Below are positions 26,382-34,598 of a stretch of DNA of 58,269 bases, in pieces (within the stretch, counting starts at the first letter, position 1; the number at the start of each line of letters is the position of its first letter). The notes under the pieces were generated by a model. The model ran no database searches and had not been told where the DNA came from. It saw only the letters and a program-made list of their open reading frames with translations. The translations under genes were made by a program, and so were the position numbers. The stretch is taken from positions 48,827 to 107,095 of the forward strand of contig MFGA01000002.1 in NCBI GenBank assembly GCA_001778095.1. The letters run 5' to 3'. This DNA is from Candidatus Falkowbacteria bacterium RIFOXYA2_FULL_38_12 (GTDB lineage Bacteria; Patescibacteriota; Patescibacteriia; XYB2-FULL-38-15).

Positions 26382-28193
26382 TTATTTCCAACTCCTCTTT
26401 GTCTCCTTGTGCCAATTTTCAATCCCTATAAATCTGTTGCTCGGAATACCTATCCTCTTAATACTTATCCCTAAAACATCCTCGCTTACGGCGTAAGTAT
26501 AATTAGCGCTATAGAGAAAAATAGCGGGATTATCTTCAAGCAAAATATTTTGAAACTCAATATATTTTTTAGCTTTTTCTTCCGGATTTTCTGTCTGTCT
26601 TGCATCTTCTAGAAGTTTATCCACCTTGCGGTTAGCATAAAGCGCCAAATTTAAACCCGGGTCTGCCACTTGCGAAGAATGCCAAAAGGGAAACGGATCG
26701 GGCTCAACCCCGGCCATGGTCCCAAAAAGAAGAATTTCGTAATCTCGTGGCTCAATGACTTTTCTTTGAATCTCGGACGCAGGAACAATTTTAACTTCCA
26801 CTTGCATTCCCAGCGCCTCCCAATTCTTTTTGGCAAAATCGGCAACAGCAAGATAATCTTCATTATCAACCGTGGTAATACTTATTTTTAACACTTCTTC
26901 TTTCTTTTTTCTTAAACCGTCTTCAGCCAGCTTAAAGTCTTCTTTGTCTAATAACTCCGTCGCCTTTGCCAAGTTAAAATCATTATTTTTCAGATCTTCT
27001 GTGTAACCGATTTGTCCGGAGAGAATTGGCCCGTAAATTGTTTTACCTCCTTGTCCCAAAACACTTTCTGTTAATTTCAATTTATCTAATCCAAAAGAAA
27101 GGGCGAGACGTATGTTTTCGCTTTTTAACAACGAACTGTTTCTCTGATTGAAAAAGAAAGCCGTATATTGCGGCAAATCTAAATAATATTTTTTGATTCT
27201 GTCACCTTTGAAAGAATCTTTAAATTCTCTGGGAAGAAAGCTGATTCCTTCAATATTTTGATTATGAAGGGCGTCTACGGCCGAAGTAAATTCGGGATAA
27301 AATTTGAAAATCAATTTGCTTAGATATGGTTTTTGTCCGTAAAATTTTTCGTTGCGCTCCAAAGTGTATTTTTTAATGCTTCCGTTTTTATCTTTAGTGA
27401 GAGATTTAAATTGAAAAGGACCTGACCCGATCGGTTTTATATTGTATTCCGCCAGATTGGCGCTTTGCGAAGGGATGTTTTTCCAGAGGTGTTCCGGTAA
27501 AATACCAAAAGTCAATGTTCCCAAAAATGGAACGTAGGGATTCTTTAATGTAAAAACAATTGTTTTGTCGTCCAGTTTCTCAATTCCGATGTCGCGGAAA
27601 CTGGAGTAAAGAGGACTTTTAAAAGAAAAGTCTTGAATGCTTAAAAAGGTAAAAACAATATCATTCGCGGAAAGAGCTTTTCCGTCATGCCAAAAAATAT
27701 CTTCTTTCAGGATTATAGTATATGTTTTTTTGTCTTCGCTTATTTCGCTTTTTAAAGCTAAATCCGGAACTAACTCTTGCTGTTCGTTGTATTTAAAAAG
27801 TCCGGAAAAAATAAGTTTGGACAAATCCATGTCAACATCATTTGTTTGCGCCAAGATTGGATTAATATATTGAGGTTCTCCCACCAAACCCTCAACATAT
27901 TCTCCGCCGAAATCCGAAGCTATCTTTGTATTGTTTAAATAAAATTTTATTGTCAAAAAACCCAGACTTAAAAGTAATAGGAATATCAGACCAACAAATA
28001 CTCCCCTTTCCTTTCGTCCCAAATATCTAAAAATATACTTTGACTGTTCGAGAGTCGGCACCCTTGATTTTGACAAAGAAAAAACCAATTTCTTGTCCAA
28101 ATCGATCTGCATCTTTATTTGTTTTTCCCCCTTGCTTTTTTTATCCCTCCCGAAAAAACTAAAATTTTTTTTAATCATTGAAAAGAATAGCAA
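26382..28193 (-). CDS. ABC transporter substrate-binding protein, family 5 (peptide/nickel type)
   Basis: 603 aa with an N-terminal TM anchor. Blocks such as IKPIGSGPFQFKS and LLFGTMAGVEPDPFPFWHSSQ are typical of SBP_bac_5. Confidence 0.8.
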   Translation of the reverse strand: MLFFSMIKKNFSFFGRDKKSKGEKQIKMQIDLDKKLVFSLSKSRVPTLEQSKYIFRYLGRKERGVFVGLIFLLLLSLGFLTIKFYLNNTKIASDFGGEYVEGLVGEPQYINPILAQTNDVDMDLSKLIFSGLFKYNEQQELVPDLALKSEISEDKKTYTIILKEDIFWHDGKALSANDIVFTFLSIQDFSFKSPLYSSFRDIGIEKLDDKTIVFTLKNPYVPFLGTLTFGILPEHLWKNIPSQSANLAEYNIKPIGSGPFQFKSLTKDKNGSIKKYTLERNEKFYGQKPYLSKLIFKFYPEFTSAVDALHNQNIEGISFLPREFKDSFKGDRIKKYYLDLPQYTAFFFNQRNSSLLKSENIRLALSFGLDKLKLTESVLGQGGKTIYGPILSGQIGYTEDLKNNDFNLAKATELLDKEDFKLAEDGLRKKKEEVLKISITTVDNEDYLAVADFAKKNWEALGMQVEVKIVPASEIQRKVIEPRDYEILLFGTMAGVEPDPFPFWHSSQVADPGLNLALYANRKVDKLLEDARQTENPEEKAKKYIEFQNILLEDNPAIFLYSANYTYAVSEDVLGISIKRIGIPSNRFIGIENWHKETKRSWK

Positions 28194-28224
28194 GCGATTT
28201 ATCTATTTTTATAACCGCAAAAAT

Positions 28225-28385
28225 TAGACCTGCCACACAATAACTTTCGTTGCTAAATTTTCAGATTTAGTGGAAATTCTGTCGTAAATTTTTGAGGCAA
28301 TATGGTTATATTGGCAAGAAAATTTAGGGCAAAATTTACCGAAATGTGGAAATTGCAACAGAAAGATTATTGCGCGGTGGGTCTA
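28225..28385. ncRNA. ~160-nt rod-like imperfect hairpin between secG and the SBP gene; candidate structured RNA or processing site
   Basis: Outer stem tagacctgccacacaataactttcgttgc / gcaacagaaagattattgcgcggtgggtcta (~27 pairs including G:U pairs, mismatches and two bulges). Inner helices are aattttca/tggaaatt, gtaaatttt/aaaatttac and caatat-ggtt-atattg. Confidence 0.4.
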
Positions 28386-28437
28386 TTGGGTAGATAACCC
28401 GTTTTCACCGCTTGTTTTTATAAGGGAACTACTTTTT

Positions 28438-28650
28438 TTATAAGATAAAACTTACTAGCGCAGTCCCTAAAAATATTATTGAGAAAACAATAGTCGCAAT
28501 AAACAGCTTCTTTTCCAGACCTCTTTTTGTCTGAAAAACAGCGCCCTCACCGCCAAAAATTCCGCCAACCGAAGCTCCCCTGTTCTGCAATAAGATGGCG
28601 ATGATGAGTAAAATTGCCGAAACGAGCTGTATTATATTCAAAATATCCAT
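28438..28650 (-). CDS. secG: Preprotein translocase subunit SecG
   Basis: 70 aa with two TM helices. LLQNRGASVGGIFGG is the typical SecG loop. Confidence 0.85.
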   Translation of the reverse strand: MDILNIIQLVSAILLIIAILLQNRGASVGGIFGGEGAVFQTKRGLEKKLFIATIVFSIIFLGTALVSFIL

Positions 28651-28781
28651 AATTTTAGTCGTGAAATAAAGGATTTGTTAAGAATCTTATTCTTTTATAC
28701 TACCAACTTGCAACATTTCTGTCAATGAAGATTTTTTTATGGTATAATTTATACAAATTTAATATTATTAAATTAAAGTGT

Positions 28782-29543
28782 ATGGACAACGAAGTTCAAA
28801 TTGAAAATATACCCAAGAAAAAATGGTATAAAAGAGGTTGGGGAATATCTGTTATAATTTTAGGCTCACTATTGCTTGTCCTTTTAGTTTATTTTTTCGC
28901 CCACTTTTTTTATTATTATAACGGAATAAAAAACGGAAAAATTCCATTGCCGGGCGCGAACAACATTAAAACTGGAATTGAAAATTCCACTACGGTAAAA
29001 ATTGATGACACCGCAAAACTCTTTCATGAAGGCGAACCGGGGACGGAAGATAAAGCCCCTTTTTCCATTGTCGGTTTTTTTGACTTCAGGTGCCCGCTCT
29101 GCATTGGGGTAAGCTCGACCGTAAGAGAACTTCAACAAACATATAAAGGCAAAATTCAATTTGTTTTTCGGAACTTTCCCGTAGTTTCCCTCCATCCCGA
29201 CGCCATGCTCTTGGCCCAAGCCGGAGAATGTGCTAATCTCCAAAACAAATTTTGGCCAATGTACGATAAAATTTTTTTAAATAAAAGTAAAGACAAAATA
29301 TCCTCGGAAGATTTAAGCTCATATGCCGAACAAATCGGGATAGATGCTAATAAATTTTCCGAATGCCTATCCTCCGACAAGACTAAAAGTTTGATTTTGG
29401 AAGATACTTCCGATGCCGAAGATTTGGGCGTCAGGGGCACGCCGACTTGGTTTATAGGAAATCAAAAAGTGGAAGGGCCGTTGTCAGGGAATGATTTTAA
29501 GAAAATTATCGATAAATTATTGTCAGAAGCGGAAAAAAAATAA
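28782..29543 (+). CDS. DsbA-family thiol:disulfide oxidoreductase, membrane anchored
   Basis: The start is moved to the ATG at 28782, downstream of an extended -10 (TGgTATAAT, 28740-28748). It has a TM segment and a CPLC active site in a thioredoxin-like context. Confidence 0.75.
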   Translation: MDNEVQIENIPKKKWYKRGWGISVIILGSLLLVLLVYFFAHFFYYYNGIKNGKIPLPGANNIKTGIENSTTVKIDDTAKLFHEGEPGTEDKAPFSIVGFFDFRCPLCIGVSSTVRELQQTYKGKIQFVFRNFPVVSLHPDAMLLAQAGECANLQNKFWPMYDKIFLNKSKDKISSEDLSSYAEQIGIDANKFSECLSSDKTKSLILEDTSDAEDLGVRGTPTWFIGNQKVEGPLSGNDFKKIIDKLLSEAEKK

Positions 29544-29547
29544 AACT

Positions 29548-30081
29548 ATGATTGAAATCCGCATCCATGGAAGAGGAGGTCAGGGAACCGTGACTGCCGC
29601 CGAATTAATCGCTGAGGCTGCTTTTTTTGATAAAAAATTCTCCCAAGCTTTCCCCTTTTTTGGCGTGGAAAGACGCGGAGCGCCGATTGAAGCCTATACG
29701 CGTATTTCCGACCAACCAATTTTATTACATTCGGAGATTTACGAACCTGATTTTTTAATAATCCAGGATCCGACATTACTTAAAATAAAAAATACTTTTC
29801 GGGGTATTAAAAAAAATACTTCAATTTTAATAAATACCGAAAAAGACATATCCAGTTTACCCTTACTGCCAAAGAATATTCAAATCAAAACTGTCCCTGC
29901 AACGCAAATTGCTTTAAAAATTTTAGGAAAACCGATTATTAACACTGTTATGTTGGGCGCTTTTGCCGGAGCTTTTAAATTAATCAGTCTAGAATCTCTA
30001 AAAAAATCCATACTAGAAAGATTTTCTCAAGAAATCGCTCTTAAAAACATTAAAGCGATGGAAGAGGCATATAATTCATAG
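29548..30081 (+). CDS. porG: 2-oxoacid (pyruvate):ferredoxin oxidoreductase gamma subunit
   Basis: MIEIRIHGRGGQGTVTAAELIAEAA N-terminus typical of the gamma subunit. It is the first gene of a G-D-A-(insert)-B arrangement. Confidence 0.85.
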   Translation: MIEIRIHGRGGQGTVTAAELIAEAAFFDKKFSQAFPFFGVERRGAPIEAYTRISDQPILLHSEIYEPDFLIIQDPTLLKIKNTFRGIKKNTSILINTEKDISSLPLLPKNIQIKTVPATQIALKILGKPIINTVMLGAFAGAFKLISLESLKKSILERFSQEIALKNIKAMEEAYNS

Positions 30082-30084
30082 AGT

Positions 30085-30351
30085 ATGAAAACTATTATTA
30101 AGCCAGGTACAACCACTAAAAATAAAACCGGGACATGGAGAACATTTTATCCGATTGTTAATCATGAAAAATGTATTAGTTGCGGACGATGCGCCAATGT
30201 TTGCCCCGAAGGCGTCTGTTTTTCTTCCGGAGAAAAAAATTCCAAAGGAATGGTTTTTTACGAGAGAGATCTGGACTACTGCAAGGGGTGCGGAATTTGT
30301 GCCCGCGAATGTCCGGTCAAAGCCATCTCAATGGAACTTGAAGAAAAATAA
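30085..30351 (+). CDS. porD: 2-oxoacid:ferredoxin oxidoreductase delta subunit (2x[4Fe-4S] ferredoxin)
   Basis: Two CxxCxxCxxxCP motifs (CISCGRCANVCP, CKGCGICARECP). Confidence 0.85.
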   Translation: MKTIIKPGTTTKNKTGTWRTFYPIVNHEKCISCGRCANVCPEGVCFSSGEKNSKGMVFYERDLDYCKGCGICARECPVKAISMELEEK

Positions 30352-30371
30352 AGAAGAAACAAACTAAAAAT

Positions 30372-31532
30372 ATGATTAAGTTTCAAGAAGGGTCAGAAAC
30401 TATAGCGGAAACTATTAGACTATGTCGGCCAAAAGTAATCGCTGCCTACCCAATAACTCCACAGACACACATTGTGGAAAGTCTCGCCCGATCCAATACA
30501 AAAGATTTTGAATACATATTGGCCGAAAGCGAAATGTCAGCCGCTTCTATTGTTTTGGGTGCAAGCGCTACAGGCGTAAGAACCTATACGGCAACCTCTT
30601 CTCAGGGTCTCTTGCTTATGACTGAAGTTCTTTTTGATATTGCCGGTTTACGCTTGCCGGTTGTAATGACTTGCGCCAATAGGGCGGTTTCGGCTCCAAT
30701 CAATATTTGGAATGACGAACAAGATATTATGACAATCCGGGATGCTGGCTGGATTATTTTATTTGCCGAGAGCAATCAGCAAGCAGCAGATCTTCATATT
30801 CAAGCTTATAAAATAGCGGAAAAAATCAGTCTGCCGGTCGCGGTTTGTGTTGACGGTTTCGCCCTAACACATACTTTTGAAGCAGTTGAGCTTCGTGATC
30901 AAAAAATGATTGATAAATTTTTGCCAAAATATCAGCCGAAAAAAGAATCTTTTCTTGATCCTGAAAATCCGGTTACTCTTGGCGGTCTTTGCACCCCAGC
31001 CACTTATATGCCCATTCGGAAAAATATGCATCAAGATTTATTGACCAGCAAGAAAATAATTAAAGAAACATTTTTAAAATTCAATAATCTATTCTCAGTT
31101 AAAAAAATATTCGGCGATTGCAAAATAAGCGATGGATTGATTGAATATAGCGGACCAAATAACCCCGAGCTTGTTTTTATCGCCAGTGGGTCTGTTTTGG
31201 GAACAATAAAATCAACTTATGATTATAACCTCCGCCAAAAAAATAAAATCGGTGTTTTAAATATAAAATCTTTGCGACCGTTTCCGGATAAGGAAATAAT
31301 AAATTTTATTTCAAAAATTAAACCGAAAAATATCGCCGTGATCGATCGATCGATTTCTCTCGGGCAGACCGGCATTCTTTTTTCTGAAATAAAGACTGCT
31401 TGCTACGGAAAAGCTGGAGTAAAAATAAAAAATTTTATTATGGGATTGGGCGGGAAAAATATAACTCCAAAAGATATACAAAATATTGTTATAAATTTTA
31501 AATCAAAATCAGAGTTTCAATTTGTTTTATAG
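30372..31532 (+). CDS. porA: 2-oxoacid:ferredoxin oxidoreductase alpha subunit
   Basis: 386 aa. The YPITPQT motif and overall alpha-subunit layout are present. Confidence 0.9.
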   Translation: MIKFQEGSETIAETIRLCRPKVIAAYPITPQTHIVESLARSNTKDFEYILAESEMSAASIVLGASATGVRTYTATSSQGLLLMTEVLFDIAGLRLPVVMTCANRAVSAPINIWNDEQDIMTIRDAGWIILFAESNQQAADLHIQAYKIAEKISLPVAVCVDGFALTHTFEAVELRDQKMIDKFLPKYQPKKESFLDPENPVTLGGLCTPATYMPIRKNMHQDLLTSKKIIKETFLKFNNLFSVKKIFGDCKISDGLIEYSGPNNPELVFIASGSVLGTIKSTYDYNLRQKNKIGVLNIKSLRPFPDKEIINFISKIKPKNIAVIDRSISLGQTGILFSEIKTACYGKAGVKIKNFIMGLGGKNITPKDIQNIVINFKSKSEFQFVL

Positions 31533-31542
31533 CCTAGAGATC

Positions 31543-31622
31543 GTCATCCTGAACGCAGTGAAGGATCTCGGGCGAATGCCCGCCCGCATACGCGGGAGAT
31601 TCTTCGCTCCACTCAGAATGAC
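31543..31622. repeat. Small palindromic element of the gtcat...atgac type
   Basis: Arms gtcatcctgaacgcagtgaaggatctc / gagattcttcgctccactcagaatgac enclose two GC hairpins (gggc-gaat-gccc and cccgc-atac-gcggg). Confidence 0.55.
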
Positions 31623-31630
31623 AAAAATTT

Positions 31631-32989
31631 ATGCGTCAATTTACAAAAAAAATAATCTTAGCAATTCCATTAGCTGTTTTTGCTTTTTATTTTGCATTGC
31701 CTTTTGTTGCCAATGCCGCCCTTTCCCCGCTTACGGACACTCAATGCTGGACTAGAGAAATGTGTCTTGGAAAAACAGATGACTGTAGCTATTGTTTTAA
31801 AGAAGGCGAGGGGCAATGCAGCGCTCCTTTTGGAAAGTGCTATCATCCTCACGAGCCGATTGATTTGCAAATTAAATTGGGTTCCACTGGACAAGTAACT
31901 GATATGGCTGAATACATTTCTTTGGCATATAGCTACGTTTTAAGCATTGGCAATATTCTAGCTGTCGTCATTATTATCGCAAGTGGATTTATTTATCTAA
32001 CAGCCGGTGGCAATCCATCTCGCATCGGACAAGCAAAAGAATATATCGGCGGAGCTGTTGTCGGGGTTATTTTACTTTTCACTTCGTATTTAATTTTAAA
32101 CACCTTAAACCCAGATCTTGTTAGGCTAAAAATGCCAAGCATTTATATGATTCGTCCGGCGGATATGCCCGCAACTTTTTGTGCTGATATTGATTGGGGT
32201 GAAGGTAGTGAAAATCCAATATTTTATAGAGCTGATGATGTCGCTCGGGACGGAGACTCACCAGCTAACCCGAGAAGATTAAAAGATTATGCTACGGCGA
32301 CTGCTTCGGGGGGAAGAGAGCATGACCCCGAAAATTTAACTTGTAATTTTGCCTTTTATAGCCCAACTATTGCTGGACAATCTCCTTGTTATGGGAGTGG
32401 AGGATGTGAACCGGATGATGATGGTAACCCTTCTGTTTGTGCAAAAGATTCAGGCACGGAAAGAAATGATTGGTTTACCTGCCAAGCCGGTAATATAGCT
32501 GGCGAAATCACTTACGGAAACTATCCCTTTGATGACGACCTTCAAGTTTCAGTAATGGGAGTCGACTATTTTTGTAATGATAATTCTCATTGGTCCGCTG
32601 GCCCCACAAGGATGGGGGAAGAACAAATACCCAGTTATGTCTTACCTGGCCCTGGCAATATTTTATCTGATGGCAATACGGTCAGATGTAGAGACAGAAA
32701 TACTACCCTTGGAAAATTTTATATAACCATAATTATTCAAGAAAATGATACTTTTGATGACTCGTGGGTTTTTTACTTAGGAAAAAGTGCTTGTATAAAT
32801 CTTTCAGGGAGAGAATATTCTGTCACTAGTCCGAGCAGTCCTGGACGCACTACGGGAGCCGGCGTCCGTAATTTAGGAGATCCTCAAATGGATCAATCTG
32901 AATTATGGACACTAGATGAATTAAGAAATACTGTTCGTTGCAATCTAAGGATTGAAAACAGACCTGACTCTTTCCCAATAACAGAATAA
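31631..32989 (+). CDS. Secreted/membrane protein: T4SS-pilin-like (TrbC/VirB2-like) two-TM module plus a large Cys-rich C-terminal domain
   Basis: Signal peptide (...LPFVANA) and a Cys-rich stretch. Next comes ...ILAVVIIIASGFIYLTAGGNPSRIGQAKEYIGGAVVGVILLFTSYLILNTLNP, which matches the two-helix pilin pattern I recall from CPR T4SS-pilin proteins. About 290 further residues with many Cys follow. Confidence 0.6.
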   Translation: MRQFTKKIILAIPLAVFAFYFALPFVANAALSPLTDTQCWTREMCLGKTDDCSYCFKEGEGQCSAPFGKCYHPHEPIDLQIKLGSTGQVTDMAEYISLAYSYVLSIGNILAVVIIIASGFIYLTAGGNPSRIGQAKEYIGGAVVGVILLFTSYLILNTLNPDLVRLKMPSIYMIRPADMPATFCADIDWGEGSENPIFYRADDVARDGDSPANPRRLKDYATATASGGREHDPENLTCNFAFYSPTIAGQSPCYGSGGCEPDDDGNPSVCAKDSGTERNDWFTCQAGNIAGEITYGNYPFDDDLQVSVMGVDYFCNDNSHWSAGPTRMGEEQIPSYVLPGPGNILSDGNTVRCRDRNTTLGKFYITIIIQENDTFDDSWVFYLGKSACINLSGREYSVTSPSSPGRTTGAGVRNLGDPQMDQSELWTLDELRNTVRCNLRIENRPDSFPITE

Positions 32990-32993
32990 ATCT

Positions 32994-33932
32994 ATGCAAT
33001 ACAAAAACACTCATCTACTCTCCCCCGGCCATCGCGGATGCGCGGGATGCGGACAACTCTTGGCGGCTCGACATGTCGTTGACGCCTTGGGAAAAAATAC
33101 CATTGTCGCCTGCGCCACGGGATGCCTCGAAGTAACGACCACTCCCTATCCGGAATCAGCTTGGCGCGTTCCCTGGATTCATTCTCTTTTTGAAAACGCT
33201 CCGGCTGTCGCTACCGGTATTTTGTCAGCCTTAAAAGCAAAAGGAGTAGCGAACTTCAGCTCGCGCCAACTTGAGCGCAGACTAAAATCTGCTACTCCAC
33301 CAGTAAACACCAATGTCGCTGTCTTTGCCGGGGATGGATCAACTTTTGATATCGGTTTTGGCGCGCTCTCCGGTCTATGGACAAGACGGGACAATATTCT
33401 TTATGTTTGTTTTGATAACGAAGCCTACATGAATACCGGCAATCAATATTCCGGGGCGACTCCTTATGGTTCGGCGACAGAAACTTCCTCTGCTAACGAT
33501 TCTCTGGGCAATGATTTTTTCAAAAAAAATATGCCAAAAATAGCCGCGGCGCATAACGTCTCCTACATTGCTACTTCCACAATTGGGTACCCTGAAGATA
33601 TCGTTGCCAAAGTAAAAAAATCTTTAACTTTTTGCGGACCAAGATATATCCAAATTCTCGTCGGCTGCGTCCCCGGCTGGGGATATAACCCGGAGCTAAC
33701 GATAGAACTCGGCCGGCTCGCCCATCAATCCGGCCATTATCCTGTTTTGGAAATAGAAAATGGAAAATTGTCTAAAGTTATGAAAGTTCCCGCAAAGAGG
33801 CCGCAGGTTGAGGAATATCTAAAACCGCAAAAAAGATTTTCTCATTTGTTCAAAACCGATTGTGGTAAAGAAAAAATAAAGCAAATGCAATGTTTAGCCG
33901 ATCAGAATGTGGAAAGGTATGGGCTAGTATAG
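32994..33932 (+). CDS. porB: 2-oxoacid:ferredoxin oxidoreductase beta subunit (TPP binding)
   Basis: GHRGCAGCG N-terminal Cys motif and the GDGSTFDIGFGALSG TPP-binding motif. It starts 4 nt after the preceding stop. Confidence 0.9.
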   Translation: MQYKNTHLLSPGHRGCAGCGQLLAARHVVDALGKNTIVACATGCLEVTTTPYPESAWRVPWIHSLFENAPAVATGILSALKAKGVANFSSRQLERRLKSATPPVNTNVAVFAGDGSTFDIGFGALSGLWTRRDNILYVCFDNEAYMNTGNQYSGATPYGSATETSSANDSLGNDFFKKNMPKIAAAHNVSYIATSTIGYPEDIVAKVKKSLTFCGPRYIQILVGCVPGWGYNPELTIELGRLAHQSGHYPVLEIENGKLSKVMKVPAKRPQVEEYLKPQKRFSHLFKTDCGKEKIKQMQCLADQNVERYGLV

Positions 33933-34005
33933 AAACTTGCGCGTTTTATATCCTTCATGTAGGATATAAAATCTATCTTTAATTATTGAAAATAAATTAA
34001 AAAGC

Positions 34006-34509
34006 ATGAAACCAAAAACATCTAAAATCATTCTCGCCGTCCTTATCCTCGCTATTGTGGGCATAGGAGTTATCTATTACTGGCAAAACTTTCGACAGCA
34101 AGATTATGTCCAACCCGCGACGACAACTTACACTAATGAAAAATGGAATTTTTCGTTAGAAATTCCTGAAGGTTATTTTGTGTCCGACCACGAATCCTTC
34201 CTTTATGTAGTGAAAAAAGAAGCGCCCGGCAAGGAATCTCTTCCTGAGATAAGTCTAAACATCAAACAATATGACATAACCACAACTAATACAGCTCCCA
34301 CCGCAGATCTTGGGATGGAAGAATCTATAATAATAAATGGAATCTCTGGAAAAAAATCTTTTGGCTCTTATTCAGTTTATCCCGCAGCTAACGCATGTCC
34401 AATCTACCGCCTGCACCAAGACGGAACTATTTACGAGTTTAGCCTCTACGAGTGCCTAGATTCAGATATCTTTGAAAAAGTCGTCAACAGTTTTAAAATT
34501 ACTAAATAA
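34006..34509 (+). CDS. Hypothetical membrane-anchored protein (167 aa)
   Basis: N-terminal TM/signal anchor (IILAVLILAIVGIGVIYYW). No recognisable family. Confidence 0.55.
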   Translation: MKPKTSKIILAVLILAIVGIGVIYYWQNFRQQDYVQPATTTYTNEKWNFSLEIPEGYFVSDHESFLYVVKKEAPGKESLPEISLNIKQYDITTTNTAPTADLGMEESIIINGISGKKSFGSYSVYPAANACPIYRLHQDGTIYEFSLYECLDSDIFEKVVNSFKITK

Positions 34510-34538
34510 AGACCAACGCGCCTCAAACCCTTCCCCCT

Positions 34539-34567
34539 TTGCCAAATTCCTCATTCTGTTGTATAAT
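34539..34567 (+). promoter_or_regulatory. Sigma70-like promoter of uvrA
   Basis: TTGCCA (34539-34544), 17-nt spacer, TATAAT (34562-34567). Confidence 0.45.
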
Positions 34568-34594
34568 AACCATTAATTAATTTTAATGGTTATT
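34565..34594. promoter_or_regulatory. Perfect 12-bp inverted repeat overlapping the uvrA -10; candidate operator or 5'-UTR hairpin
   Basis: aataaccattaa (34565-34576) / ttaatggttatt (34583-34594) with a 6-nt spacer. It ends 4 nt before the uvrA ATG. Confidence 0.45.
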
Positions 34595-34598
34595 TTAT

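Noticed and set aside
31631-32989. Compositional (G+C) anomaly of the gene inserted in the por operon
   Set aside because: My hand counts gave ~45-47% for the insert versus ~42% for porA. That difference is too small to claim a foreign composition without computation.
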